NCBI GenBank assembly: GCA_951406725.2
Contig: OX597814.1
Coordinates: 204,786,001 to 204,850,000, forward strand
Length of the DNA: 64,000 bases
DNA from: Octopus vulgaris
Lineage: Eukaryota
Reading direction: 5' to 3'
Shown here: positions 63,548 through 64,000 of the stretch, in pieces
Numbering within the stretch: position 1 is the stretch's first letter
Layout of the letters: the number at the start of each line of letters is the position of its first letter
The notes under the pieces: generated by a model
What the model was told of the DNA's origin: nothing
Seen by the model: only the letters and a program-made list of their open reading frames with translations
The model's database searches: none
Translations under genes and position numbers: made by a program

Positions 63548-63905
63548 TTATTCAATAAAATCGCCATTGGCTTCAACCATGGCCTCCAGATGACTTTGGA
63601 ATCTCCTGCCACTCTTCTGGACGGTCTCCTTGTTTAAGTTGGTGAATGCTGCCATAATCCTTGCTTTCAGTTCATCTTTGGTGGTGCTACAAGTTTTGTT
63701 GGTCTCTTGCTCAGCTGCATCCCAACACATAATAATCAAGGGGGTTGCAGTCTGGGGAGTTAGGTGACCAGATGCGGTCGCAGAAATTGTCTGACAGCCA
63801 CGATTGGGTTCTCCTGCTTATGTGACATGGTGCAGAGTCCTGTTGCCAGACATAGGGTCTTCCAGCAGTCACCCACTCGACCCAGAGCAGCACTACCTTC
63901 TCCAA
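63548..63905 (-). pseudogene. Tc1/mariner-superfamily (maT/DD37D-like) transposase C-terminal relic, frameshifted
   Basis: YVWQQDSAPCH...WSPNSPDCNPLDYYV, then ..TKDELKARIMAAF..RRFQSHLEAMVEANGDFIE*. D-to-D spacing is 33 here, suggesting a small deletion. Confidence 0.85.
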
Positions 63906-64000
63906 GCATTGACTACTTTCAGATGGTGCTTTTTCTGTTCCACTGGCACAGGGAGCCAGTCAGGCAGCTCTGGCAGTGACCCACGCATGAATGAATGGTG

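Overview
AT-rich eukaryotic, largely non-coding DNA. It is most likely a coleoid cephalopod (Octopus-like), inferred from the repeat families and the very dense (TA)n/(CA)n/(CAT)n/(AAT)n microsatellites. No complete protein-coding gene is present; nearly all supplied ORFs are microsatellite or repeat artefacts. The window is dominated by about 30 5'-truncated RTE LINE 3' ends with (GAT)n tails, three longer RTE RT relics, and four tRNA-headed SINE families. It also holds a CR1 3' end, a maT/Tc1-mariner transposase relic, two non-autonomous Helitrons and TTAA-flanked MITEs. A CpG-retaining unique region at about 1.3-5 kb looks like a promoter or 5'UTR, and a well-defined 105-nt minus-strand exon lies at 51768-51872. 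The most notable signal is a set of mutually dissimilar minimal type-I hammerhead ribozymes with palindromic stem III (Penelope/retrozyme-like). Five are complete or near-complete and sit next to (TA)n tracts; three more are remnants, one of them fused to a tRNA-derived Pol III head. Repeat boundaries are approximate and read by eye.
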